Positions 47,001 to 57,700 of a stretch of 64,000 bases of DNA are shown piece by piece; position 1 is the first letter of the stretch; each line of letters opens with the position of its first letter. The stretch lies in the IMG/VR virus record IMGVR_UViG_3300032213_001453; one strand, 5' to 3'. Source of the stretch: an uncultured virus (IMG/VR IMGVR_UViG_3300032213_001453) (lineage: Duplodnaviria; Heunggongvirae; Uroviricota; Caudoviricetes). Under the pieces are notes generated by a model. It made no database searches, was not told the DNA's origin, and saw only the letters and a program-made list of their open reading frames with translations. A program made the translations under genes and the position numbers.

Positions 47001-47546
47001 ATGGCTGTAACATTTTCAAATATTATCACGGGTGAAGGTATCATCTCAATTGGTGCCACTCTAGCAACTGTCTCCGATATTGGCGCAACTCAGGACGGCG
47101 CTGAAATCGCTTGGGAGCCAGATATGGTTGATATCGAAATCGATCAGTTCGGTGACGCTGCACGCGTAATCGTTTCAAAGATCAAGGTTTCGGTTAAGAC
47201 AAAGCTTGCTGAAGCAACGCTTGAGAATCTTGCTTACTCTTGGAATCTTCAGACTACTGGCGCTGAATCAGATCTTTCATACGGTGGTTCTACAAAGACC
47301 CTCCGTATGGGCATCCAGCCTGTTTATCCTGTTGAGCGTGCGCTTAAGATTGTCGGTCTTGCACCCGGAACTTCCGGTACTGTAAATAAGACTCGTACTT
47401 ACAACTGTAACCGAGTTATGCAGTATAGCTCAAGTTCACATATGCTGAAGCGTGCTGAGAACGTAGCATACCCCGTTGACTTCCGTATTCTCCCTGACCC
47501 TTCTGCAACTGGTCAAGAGTACGGTACCATTGTTGATCAACTCTGA
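47001..47546 (+). CDS. major tail (tube) protein
   Basis: GAT.DG, DQ, LAEATLENL, F..LPD...YG.IVD. Confidence 0.85.
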   Translation: MAVTFSNIITGEGIISIGATLATVSDIGATQDGAEIAWEPDMVDIEIDQFGDAARVIVSKIKVSVKTKLAEATLENLAYSWNLQTTGAESDLSYGGSTKTLRMGIQPVYPVERALKIVGLAPGTSGTVNKTRTYNCNRVMQYSSSSHMLKRAENVAYPVDFRILPDPSATGQEYGTIVDQL

Positions 47547-47571
47547 TTGACTTTAAAACTTAATATTGTAG

Positions 47572-47599
47572 CAAAGGGGCGAGGAAACTCGCCCCTTTG
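47572..47599 (+). terminator. terminator hairpin after tail tube
   Basis: CAAAGGGGCGAG-GAAA-CTCGCCCCTTTG. Confidence 0.75.
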
Positions 47600-47635
47600 T
47601 GCTATAATATGCTTTGACCTTATAGGAGTGAGATT

Positions 47636-47932
47636 ATGGCTAAAGTTAACAATATTCGTCCGGGAGTTGAAGTCGTTTTTACAGACAAGACACGGACAAT
47701 TTATCCCGTTTCCCTGCGTCAGCTTAGAAAGCTGAATTCAGTTATGAAGGAAATGGAAACATCTGAGAATGATGATCGTTCAGTTGACCTCATGGTTGAG
47801 GCTGCTCAGGTTATTCTTGAGGCTATTGAGCCGGAGATCGCAGCAGACCCAGAGGCCGTTGAGGATCTTCTTGATGTTAGATCATTCAATCAGCTTATTA
47901 CCGCTGCAATGGGGACTGACCCAAACGCATAG
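47636..47932 (+). CDS. tail assembly chaperone (G)
   Basis: Between tail tube and tape measure; ends at the slippery site. Confidence 0.8.
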   Translation: MAKVNNIRPGVEVVFTDKTRTIYPVSLRQLRKLNSVMKEMETSENDDRSVDLMVEAAQVILEAIEPEIAADPEAVEDLLDVRSFNQLITAAMGTDPNA

Positions 47933-48339
47933 GCGGGGGAGGCAGTGGTGGCGATGATGTCACTATTGACGATATCCCTCTAACATTACTTGAGCAAGAA
48001 GTTTTTTGTGAATGTGGTTCATGGAAAAATTTCCTTGATCTTGAGGAATCTCTTTCTTTAGATGAACTTATTGTTCTCTATGAAATGACTTCTGAAAGAC
48101 AGCAGCGTTTCATGAGAACTATGGCTTCGGCATTCGGTGGTGACACCGGAGAGATTGAGTCTGCGATCCAGCACGTTTATTCGGATTCAGATGAGAAGAA
48201 AACTGAGAATCGTGAGTACGTCCCCCTTGCTCTTGCTGACCCGAGAGTTGGCGGGGAAGTTACTCCGGCTTTTGGTGAAAATGAAGTTCAAAAGTTGCCT
48301 ATAAATCTAGGTTATTCTATAATTGAGTCTGAGCAGTAA
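47920..48339 (+). CDS. tail assembly chaperone, -1 frameshift extension (GT)
   Basis: C CCA AAC heptamer at 47920-47926; the -1 frame is open from 47920 to 48339. Confidence 0.75.
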   Translation, partial: PKRIGGGGSGGDDVTIDDIPLTLLEQEVFCECGSWKNFLDLEESLSLDELIVLYEMTSERQQRFMRTMASAFGGDTGEIESAIQHVYSDSDEKKTENREYVPLALADPRVGGEVTPAFGENEVQKLPINLGYSIIESEQ

Positions 48340-48366
48340 TCCATCAGGATTTTGTGAGTGTGAGAT

Positions 48367-51300
48367 ATGGCTATAGGTTCTGGACAAGATGAAGTAAGCA
48401 CTATTCACGTCAGAGGCGTGTCTGAGGGCATTCAGGATGTCATTAAGGACCTTAGATCTCTTGGACAGCAACTTGTTTCTGTAGATAAACAGCTTTCTAA
48501 AAGTATTAATACTGAGAAGCTTAAAAAAGATCTTGCTGCTGTTACCAGTGAGTTTTCGAAAATTGCGTCTAGCGCTGCTCAAGGAACTGCTCCCGCTGGC
48601 AATTCTGTAGATAATTTAACAGCAAAAGTTCGAACTCTTCAAAAAGAACTTAAAAATGCTCAGAAAACTTCTGCCGTGGGTCTTCAAACTGGCGCTAAGG
48701 CTTCTGACGTTAAGGCTTATAAAGATGTTATGGAAGCCGTGGGTACTCCGGTTGTCGGAAATCCTACATCTTTTGGTATGTTGCGGAAAAATATGCGAAA
48801 TTTCCGCAGGGATCTGGATGACACATCTAGATCCGGTATAGCATCTAGAGATAGTCTTCGCGCCGTAACTGGCGAGGGCGGCATTGCCTTCATGCAGCCT
48901 GCAACCAAGGCTGAGAAGTTTAATGCAACCTTGAGGGTCCTTCAGGGAAATCTTGAGGGTCTTAGTAAGCAAATGACTAATCAGGCCAAGAATACTCAGT
49001 GGATGGGTCGTCAGATGATGGAGGGCATTACGCTTCCCATTGTCGGACTTGGAACTATGGCGGTTAGGTCCTTTGCGGCTGTCTCTGCTGAGATGGTTCA
49101 GTTGAAGAAGGTCACAGAGTTTGGCGCAGATTACGACAAACTTACTACGTCAATTAGAGGGGTGTCTAGAGAGTTTGGTGTTGGCAGAAAATCTGCAACT
49201 GCTTTGTTCAAAGATATTGCCGCCTTGGGCGTTGATGGCGAAGAAAATATTGCGAAGTTTGCTGAGTCTGTTAGTGAAGTTGCAATGGTTGGTGAAACAG
49301 ATACTTCAACAGCGCTGAACTTTTTCAGAACTATGAATGCTATTTTTGCTGGAGGGGATACTACTCAAGCAGGACTTGCAAAAACAAACGAATTAATGGC
49401 TCAGATGAGCGCTGTGGCTGATGAAACTTCTTTGCAGCTTTCTGATCTTGCTCAGGCTTTCCCTGAAGTCGCTCCTGTTATGAAACAGATGGGCTTTAGC
49501 GCTGGTGGAACAGCCGCTGCTCTTGCTGGTATGTATAAGGCTGGCATTCCAGCTACCGAAGCTGCTCACGCTTTGAAGTTCTCTTTGCAACGTCTTGTAA
49601 ACCCTACGAAAAAATCTTCTGATTTAATTGCCGAGATGGGTTTTTCTTTGTTTGATGCTTCTGGTCAAGTAAAAAAAGCCGATCTTGAGATTATGTCTTT
49701 GGGCAAAAATTTGGCAGGTATGACTCCGGAAGCCGCATCCAAGGCTCTTGGAGATATGTTTGGAAATAGGCAGACTGCTAGAATGCAAACTTTCTTTACT
49801 GACGTAGAGAGAGGCAGAAAAGAACTTAAGATGCTCAGCGATGGGGTGGACGAAAATGGGAACGCGTTCTCAGCGGCCAACCTTACGTCAGATTATGCCA
49901 GAGGCCTTGTCGCTTCCGGAGTTGCCGCTGGCGCTGCAGTTACACCTCTGGAGAGATACAAAAAAGCTTCTGAAGAAATTAAGAAAGATCCAAGCGTAGC
50001 CCTCAAACGTATGAGGGCAGCGTTTGATGATATCAAAGTTCAACTTGGGGCTGCAATAACTCCGGCCTTCCTTGTATTGGGCGATAAACTTGTTAAACTT
50101 CTAGATACATTCATGAAGTCTCCTAAGTCTTTCCAGATTATGATCCTTGGGTTTGCAGGTATTCTTGCTGCAATTGGCCCGATTATTTATATTTTTGCTC
50201 AAGCAAAACACGCCATCTCTGCCTTTACTAGAGTTGCAAGTTTTGTTCTTCCGAAAATGGGAACAGTAACTCCGGAGGTTGCAGCGGGACTTATGCCCAA
50301 GGGATCTCGCGGGTTCCTTGGGATGGGTGATAAAGTGGTTCCTCTTTTGAGAGGTAAAGAAAAACGTAAATTAAAACGAGGCGCTTTAACTGATCTTGAA
50401 AAAGCGGCAGAGCAAGAAAGAAAGACTCCTGAGATTGTTACGGAAAGTCTTGTGACTAAAGAGCTTGCTGCTGCTAATGAATTATTGGCGACAACAGAAA
50501 AAGATCTTGCTGCCTCCACTCAGGCTTCGATTGTTGCTATTGAAGAAAAAACTGTTGCAATGGGTCAAGCTGCTGCTGCGGAAACTGCTGCTGCAACTAA
50601 ATCTGCTGCTACTTCTAAGGCCTCAGCCCTCTCTGGCGCTGGGGGTGTAAATCCTAAGGCTGGCCTTGGTCCTTTTGCTGCTTATGGAGATGCCGCTGAA
50701 GCTGGCGCTGCTGTTGAGGCTTCGAAGATTAATAAGGCTGCTGGCCTTGGTCCTGCTATGGCCGGGAAGTCTCCTCATCTTAAAGAAAATATTAATTCTT
50801 ATGATGAGCTTGCTCGTAAGGCTAAGCACTTAGCTTGGCTTGATAAGCAAAGAGAAGTAACTACCGCGGCAATGCCAAAGAAAATTGATCTTTCTGTTGG
50901 TCCTTTTGAGCGATTGACAAATGTTGTACAAAGATTGAATGATGCCGAGAAGGCTAGACTGGCGACTCTTCCTCCTCCACCTAATCCAAAAACTGCTATA
51001 AACTACAAGAAGATTGGTGAAAACGCAAAAGGCGCTGCTTCTGGTGTTGGCAGATTCTTGACTGGCTCAATGCAAATTGAGAAGACTGGCGCTGCCGGAG
51101 CGATTGGAAAAATTGCAAATGGCTTCATGAAGTTTAATTGGATCAGCTTACTGATTTCAGTAGTTATTGGCTTAGTCTTAACGCTAGTTGTCGCCTTCAA
51201 GGGTCTTGGGAAAAACTGGGATCAGATTAGAAAGCAAATTGAACCTTCTCTGAAAAAAGTTGGAGAAGCCTTCAATAAAGTTAAGGAAGCCATCTCTGGC

Positions 51301-54300
51301 ATTGTTGAAAAAATGAAGGGCGTTTTTGGACAACTTGGAACTGGCGCAAGCGGGGCAGAAGAAGCAGGGTCAACTATTGGCGGTGTTGGAGATATTATTT
51401 CAATGGCACTTGATGGTGTAGCGAAAGCCATTGAGTTTGTTGCAGCTATTATTCCTAAGTTGTGGCCTTTCTTCGAAAGAACTGCTTATATTGTAAAAGA
51501 CGTTGTTGCTGTTATTTATAGATTGTTTAAAACAGATTTTTCCGGAGCATTTGAAGCTGCGCTGGCCATTGTTTACGAGTTTGTAAGACCTGCCCTTATG
51601 ATGCTACAACAGTTCGCTCAAAAAGCCATTGGATGGATGGGTCCTGTTATGGGAGCTATTGCTGGTTTCTTTGAGACAGTTAGTTTTGGGAAATTGGACG
51701 ATCCTCTTGGTCTTAGAACTTTGGAGGACGATCTTGATGCTTTCGGCAGAAATGCTGGATGGATTGATAGCTTAGATGCAACATATCGTCAAGGAATATC
51801 TGGTATTTTTGGTGCTGGCACTATTGATGCAGCAAAGGAAGCTAAACCGGATGCAAACACAGCCGGTCAGATACTTGGTGATGGCGTTAATGAAGGCTTA
51901 GCAGCTAGCTCTAAAGCTCCTGAATGGGCACAAGATTGGGCTGCTCAGGTAATGAGCGTTTTGGAAAAAAAGATCGGTGACATCAAAAAGAGCGCCACCG
52001 ATGCCCTTGAGGCTTCTCATAAGATTGCAATGAAAATCTTTGACGATAGAGTCAAGGCCATTACTGATCAAGAAAAAGCGGAAGAAAAGCTTTATAAGAC
52101 TGAAGAATATCTTAATAAGAAAAAAGAAATCATGCAGAAGCGCCAGCTTGATAACGCTAATTATGCGAAGAATAGATTGCTGGCCATTTATGAGGGAAGA
52201 TTTAATGATGTAAGAACTATGGACCTTGAGCAGCAGGTGAATGGTGCTGAATCAAATAAGCAGATGGGAGATCTAGAGAAGTCTAGAGGAAGAGATCTTC
52301 TTGCTGAGCAAAGAGATAATCTTAAAGAGCAAATTAATGCTGAAAAAGATGCTGCCGAAGAAATCTATCAAACTCGCAAAACTTCTATTGAAGCTCAGAT
52401 TGACCTTATAACTCAGTATACCCCAGCAACTGTTGAGGGTGTTCAGACAATGATGGATCAGCTTAATACTGTCCTTCTTGATAATGGAGTTGATTCTTGG
52501 CCGGGTAAGACTCAGACTGCTATGGACATTATGAAGGAAGTCTTCCTTACGGCGAATAAGAATGTTGTTCAGGAGTTTATTGCTAGCGGTAAGTCTCAAA
52601 TGACCGACTGGATGGCCGCTTTTGCTGAGCCTGTTACTGTCACGATTCTTATGAAGAAGAGCGAAGCTTCTGATGTTCCGGGTGACGGAAGCATGACTGA
52701 TATTGGCGGAGGCTCCGGAGCTAAATCGCTTCCAGCCAATTTTGCGACAGATATTGTTCAAGCCTCAAAAGATTTCCTCAGAGGTAATATTGATTCAGAG
52801 GGCGGGAAGAGGATGACTGACATCTTCCAAGGTCTTATTGCTAAGGGAGATCAAAAGGCAATAGATAAGTTCCTTAGAGATGCAGAAACCCTTGCCGGTG
52901 CTCCTAGAGGCGTTACTCCTGTTCCTACGAAAGAAGAATTGCAAGCTTCTGTTGATAGACAAACTGCCAACGAAGTTAGCCAAGATAATGGCGTAGATAA
53001 GGGAAGTCTTGCTACAAATATTCTTGGCGGAGCAGGGGCTGGCGCAGCTATAGGCGGAACCATAGCAAGCTTCATTCCGATTCCAGTTGTATCCACCGTC
53101 GCTGGAGCAGCGCTTGGCGGCCTTATTGGAGGTGTTGGCGGACTTATCAAGTCACTCTTTGACTCTACTGGCTCAAGTAAGAAAACTAATGCTCAGATTG
53201 TACAAGAACTTCGTGACAAAAATATCGCTATTACTCCCAATCTTATTGAAGAGTTCAAGAAGAAGGGGTATGATATTACTGAGGAAGTTCAGAAGACTGC
53301 TCAGGCAACTGGGGCTGCATGGAGTGGAGCAGGCCAGAAAGTTGATGCAGTATTCACCGGAGTTCAAGGTAATTACAGAACTGCTGCTGCTGGTATAGCA
53401 GCCGATACTGTTGTATATACAGATGATCTCGGGAATACTTGGACTCAGACTACAAATGGAATGGTCAATCAGTTTGGCCAGACTGGCTCTGCAATTGAGG
53501 ACGAGTCCGGAAATATGACTGGTATTATGAACTTTAATACCGGAGAAGTTTCAACAAACTTTACCAAGACTACTGCTGGTATGCAACAAGATATGATCAC
53601 TGCTGCCTCTGTTATAAATGGAACAGATTTCGCAGGGGCAAAGAGTAGTACTGATGGCATTGGCTCTAATTTCCTCGGAATGATCTTTGGTCCTATTGGC
53701 TTGCTTGCAAGCTGGGCTGGATTTAGCAACGTACTAAGCACTCCGATTAAGTTTGCAACAAATATCTTCAGCGGCCTTTGGACTATGTTTAGCAGTGTCA
53801 TGGGCGATATATGGACATCTATAAAAAATGTTCCTGTGCTCGGAAGTCTTGCGTCAGGTCTGGAGTCCGGAGTTAAGGCCGTTGGGGGTGCCATCGGAGG
53901 CGTCTTTGGAGGAATTTTTGGGGCTGCATCTGGCGGATACTTTAAAGCTGTACCCGGAGGTTCACTGGTAAATCTTGCTGAAGGTGGCTTTGATGAGTTT
54001 GTCATTTCTACTGATCCAAAATATCGTGCGTCCAATATGGCGTATCTTGCTTCCGCAGCCTCTAAGATGGGAATGAGTTCTGCTCTTGGAGTCGCATCAA
54101 GAGGCGCAGGCAGGATGACATCCGGTAGTATGGATATGAAGTCTTACAGCGCTGCACAAAGTGTATCTGGTGGAGATACATATATTTCAGTTGATACGTT
54201 TATTGGCGAAGAGCAGTGGTTCGCTGATATGGCAAGTAAATACAATATGAAGACTGTCTCCAGAGATCGCAAAGTTGCGGGGCAGCAAAGAAGAGTGATA

Positions 54301-54333
54301 TCATCTTATAATAATAGATGGGATGTTAAATGA
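48367..54333 (+). CDS. tape measure protein
   Basis: 1988 aa, Ala/Gly-rich helical, TP901-like core, TM segments. Confidence 0.92.
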   Translation: MAIGSGQDEVSTIHVRGVSEGIQDVIKDLRSLGQQLVSVDKQLSKSINTEKLKKDLAAVTSEFSKIASSAAQGTAPAGNSVDNLTAKVRTLQKELKNAQKTSAVGLQTGAKASDVKAYKDVMEAVGTPVVGNPTSFGMLRKNMRNFRRDLDDTSRSGIASRDSLRAVTGEGGIAFMQPATKAEKFNATLRVLQGNLEGLSKQMTNQAKNTQWMGRQMMEGITLPIVGLGTMAVRSFAAVSAEMVQLKKVTEFGADYDKLTTSIRGVSREFGVGRKSATALFKDIAALGVDGEENIAKFAESVSEVAMVGETDTSTALNFFRTMNAIFAGGDTTQAGLAKTNELMAQMSAVADETSLQLSDLAQAFPEVAPVMKQMGFSAGGTAAALAGMYKAGIPATEAAHALKFSLQRLVNPTKKSSDLIAEMGFSLFDASGQVKKADLEIMSLGKNLAGMTPEAASKALGDMFGNRQTARMQTFFTDVERGRKELKMLSDGVDENGNAFSAANLTSDYARGLVASGVAAGAAVTPLERYKKASEEIKKDPSVALKRMRAAFDDIKVQLGAAITPAFLVLGDKLVKLLDTFMKSPKSFQIMILGFAGILAAIGPIIYIFAQAKHAISAFTRVASFVLPKMGTVTPEVAAGLMPKGSRGFLGMGDKVVPLLRGKEKRKLKRGALTDLEKAAEQERKTPEIVTESLVTKELAAANELLATTEKDLAASTQASIVAIEEKTVAMGQAAAAETAAATKSAATSKASALSGAGGVNPKAGLGPFAAYGDAAEAGAAVEASKINKAAGLGPAMAGKSPHLKENINSYDELARKAKHLAWLDKQREVTTAAMPKKIDLSVGPFERLTNVVQRLNDAEKARLATLPPPPNPKTAINYKKIGENAKGAASGVGRFLTGSMQIEKTGAAGAIGKIANGFMKFNWISLLISVVIGLVLTLVVAFKGLGKNWDQIRKQIEPSLKKVGEAFNKVKEAISGIVEKMKGVFGQLGTGASGAEEAGSTIGGVGDIISMALDGVAKAIEFVAAIIPKLWPFFERTAYIVKDVVAVIYRLFKTDFSGAFEAALAIVYEFVRPALMMLQQFAQKAIGWMGPVMGAIAGFFETVSFGKLDDPLGLRTLEDDLDAFGRNAGWIDSLDATYRQGISGIFGAGTIDAAKEAKPDANTAGQILGDGVNEGLAASSKAPEWAQDWAAQVMSVLEKKIGDIKKSATDALEASHKIAMKIFDDRVKAITDQEKAEEKLYKTEEYLNKKKEIMQKRQLDNANYAKNRLLAIYEGRFNDVRTMDLEQQVNGAESNKQMGDLEKSRGRDLLAEQRDNLKEQINAEKDAAEEIYQTRKTSIEAQIDLITQYTPATVEGVQTMMDQLNTVLLDNGVDSWPGKTQTAMDIMKEVFLTANKNVVQEFIASGKSQMTDWMAAFAEPVTVTILMKKSEASDVPGDGSMTDIGGGSGAKSLPANFATDIVQASKDFLRGNIDSEGGKRMTDIFQGLIAKGDQKAIDKFLRDAETLAGAPRGVTPVPTKEELQASVDRQTANEVSQDNGVDKGSLATNILGGAGAGAAIGGTIASFIPIPVVSTVAGAALGGLIGGVGGLIKSLFDSTGSSKKTNAQIVQELRDKNIAITPNLIEEFKKKGYDITEEVQKTAQATGAAWSGAGQKVDAVFTGVQGNYRTAAAGIAADTVVYTDDLGNTWTQTTNGMVNQFGQTGSAIEDESGNMTGIMNFNTGEVSTNFTKTTAGMQQDMITAASVINGTDFAGAKSSTDGIGSNFLGMIFGPIGLLASWAGFSNVLSTPIKFATNIFSGLWTMFSSVMGDIWTSIKNVPVLGSLASGLESGVKAVGGAIGGVFGGIFGAASGGYFKAVPGGSLVNLAEGGFDEFVISTDPKYRASNMAYLASAASKMGMSSALGVASRGAGRMTSGSMDMKSYSAAQSVSGGDTYISVDTFIGEEQWFADMASKYNMKTVSRDRKVAGQQRRVISSYNNRWDVK

Positions 54334-54746
54334 ACGCAGGAAATACTTTATTCTTCCCGGCAGCAATATGGATTGATAATGTTCAGTTAACAGATCAGGG
54401 TCGTACTCCTGTAACTAGGAACCGGGACGAAAGATTTGCTACCAATGAGCTTGCTAATGGTACAAGGAAAAGATATACAAAATCTGTAAAGCATACCTTT
54501 GGCATGAGTTGGTCGTACCTTCCAGATGACAGCACCTGCACTATTGATGGTTATGCCGGGAGGGATACTATGGTATCTCTTTTTGGTGATTCATATGGTT
54601 CTCATTTACTTAGATTTTTTTATGAAAATGGAAAGTATGAGGAGTTCACTGTTTTTGTCACAAGTTATAACGAGACTCTCACAAAGAGAGATCCAAAATC
54701 GGGAGTGTTCATTTGGGAAGTATCTGTCGAATTTGAGGAATCATGA
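54330..54746 (+). CDS. distal tail (Dit-like) protein
   Basis: ANGT.R.Y...K..F..SW..LP...EE; follows tape measure. Confidence 0.7.
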   Translation: MNAGNTLFFPAAIWIDNVQLTDQGRTPVTRNRDERFATNELANGTRKRYTKSVKHTFGMSWSYLPDDSTCTIDGYAGRDTMVSLFGDSYGSHLLRFFYENGKYEEFTVFVTSYNETLTKRDPKSGVFIWEVSVEFEES

Positions 54747-57700
54747 TTCCGATTTCGGATGATCTTCTTAGTGAACTTAATAGCGAGAATCAGACTGTTA
54801 CTCCAACTGTAAAGGCTTGGATGTCAGATATGCGGTATCTTGAGAATGTCAAGACTTATACTTCTTCTCATTCTTACTCAAAGCAAACATTGGATTTGAA
54901 TCCTCAGCTTTATTACAAGTTTGACAAAACTGAGTTCGATGTTTATGAGACTAGTAAGACGTTTACTGTCAGCATAGCTACGCCTGCTGTGGTTACTATA
55001 GCATCACACGGCCTTGCTGCGGGTACTGCCGTCATTTTGAAGACAACTGGGGCACTTCCTACGGGATTGACTGCTAGTAATTCTGCTTCTGAGACAACTT
55101 ATTATGTCCAGAATCCGGGGGCTAATACATTCAATCTTAATACTAATCAAGCAAATGCCATATTCAACTTAGCTACTGGAAGAATAAATACTAGTGGTAC
55201 TCAGAGTGGCATTCATACCTTGTACTACAATACTCTTGGCGGACATAGAATTAAGAACTACGGATCTAATAAAATATCTCTCGCAATGGGAGACTCTACT
55301 GCTGGTGTTCCAGTCTACAACTCTCTGCTTCCGACGACAATGAACTCTTTCAAGTTCTCTAATTCCGTAATAGAAGTTTTGGAACCTAAGAGAATTATAG
55401 ATACATTTAACAGAGCAGACTCTCAGAGTCTTGGCAATTGCACAAGTAGCGATGTTGCTGATTACGATATGTCGCTTTATTCTTTTAACGCTAACTCTAC
55501 TTTGTGGCAAATTTCGAGCAATCAGGCGTATTATCGTCTTGACACTATTAACGATAATGTCAAGGCTATATATCAAAATGTGCAAGGATTTGATCATTTT
55601 GTTGATTTTAAAAAAGGTGCCACCGCAAGTTCATATGGTATAGGAGCATATGTAAGATATGTTGATGAAAATAATTTTATCTCTGCCATACAAACCGCTG
55701 CCACCACTATTCTTATTCAAAAAAGAGTAAATGGTGATTTTGCTACTTTAAATACTATAACGGGATCTTTTTCTAGTTCAAACTATTATAGATTAGAAGC
55801 TAAGTATAATACGGTTACTCTGTATGATATGGGCACAAGCGAGCCAACTAACTCTTCGTCACCAGTATCGACGCTTGGCACTTCGTATGTTAGCAATACT
55901 ATATTTAGAACAAATGATGCGAAAAATGTGGGCTTGGGATTCTATAGAGCAGATACCTATAACGCCACTACTTATGCAGATTTTTATTTTGACTATTTTG
56001 CAGGTTACGGTTTTAATTATCTTGTTGGCATGGAGATTTTAAATGGTGCTAAATATAATTACTCTTCTACTGCTTTAGATACAAATACATCTGCTCAATT
56101 TGCATCTATAAATAACTGTAGTAATTTTACATACAATTTTCTTTTTAACAAAACAGCCACAGGCTCCGGTACTCAGACAATTTTTTGGCTTGGTGACTCT
56201 CTTCAGAAAACAGCAATCCAAATTTCATATATTGTTAGCACTAATAAGATAAGAATTAAAGTTGTAGATAACGCAACTCTTGCTGTCACAACTCTCACGT
56301 CATCAGCTACTTTATCTGCCGGAACTAATTATCAAATATCAGTAATAAAAAATGGTTTAACACTATCTCTGTATATCAATGGCGTCCTTGATACTTCAAC
56401 AACACTCGCTACAGGTTTTGTTCTTAGAAATATAACAACTAGTTTGATCCCATACTTTACTATTGGAGCGGACTATGCAGGTACCACTCTTGGTGATGCT
56501 GCTGGTTATCATTTTACTTATGGTTATATATCAGAGTTTTCAATGTTTGATTACGCCTTGGCTGCCGATGATTTATTGGCAATGTATACGTTTATTTCTA
56601 ACGCAGGAACTTTGGCAATTGACACCATAGACAAATACACCAGTGCAGCCCGCGCTGTGGATGGGGTACAAGAAGAAACTTTTGCTTATGCTTTTACTAA
56701 TTTTTTAAATAAAAATAATCATGTAATTAAGTCTAACAACTACTGTTATACCCCTGATAGCACAGGTTCTATTGAGAAAAATTATAGCTGGATGACTAGA
56801 GTAAAGTCTAATAGTTCTACTGGAATTTTTGCTAACCAAGATTTTATCAAAGTGAAGTTTGATGCACAAAATTGCAATAGGATCAAAGTCTCTACAGGTT
56901 TTTATTTGGGTGCTGTTGCTACGTTTAATTTTTCTGTCGAAAAGGCAGATGCGACTGTTGTTACTGGTACCAAATCTTTTGCGGGACAGTCCTATGTTTT
57001 CCTTGAATTGGCAGACTTGGGTCTTGCTGCGGATGAATATATGTCTATCACTTCAGTCAAGATCACTCCTGTAAGCACAGTGAATCCGGGGGATTTTGGC
57101 AGAATTTATACTATCAATCCTATTTGGGAAGTTGATTTAAGTGACTACGTTATTTCTTTTAACTTTGACAAGGTTAGAGAAAATTATGACGCATCGCTTC
57201 CTTTAGGAGCTACTGCTGCAAACAACGGCTCTATCACTTTGTCCAATGCTGATCTTACTTTCAACTTGTATGGTGATTCTATATATAAGGACTATCTCTT
57301 TCCAGATACAGTTGTATTCATATATTTAAATCATTATATTGAAAAAATAGAATCTTTTGAAACAATTCCTGTCGCATATGAAATGTATGTTGATGATTGG
57401 TCAATTGATGACGGGTCAATGAAAGTTGATGTTAAGTTTAGGGATTATTCAAAGTTTTTGCAAGAAGAAACTATTGCTGGATATGTCTCTCAAGGTCTTA
57501 GCGCAGGCAGATCGATCTCAGATATCTTGCTGAGAAGCGGTTTTCCTAGAAGAAAAATTTATTTTAATGATAAATATCGCGAGTCTATATTTCTGGATGA
57601 TCCTTCTGTGTATTTTCCATTTGATAAGAATCTTGATACCGTAAACGTATATGATTTACGTTCTACTACATCTAATTCTATTCAAACTGGAGCGGCAACT

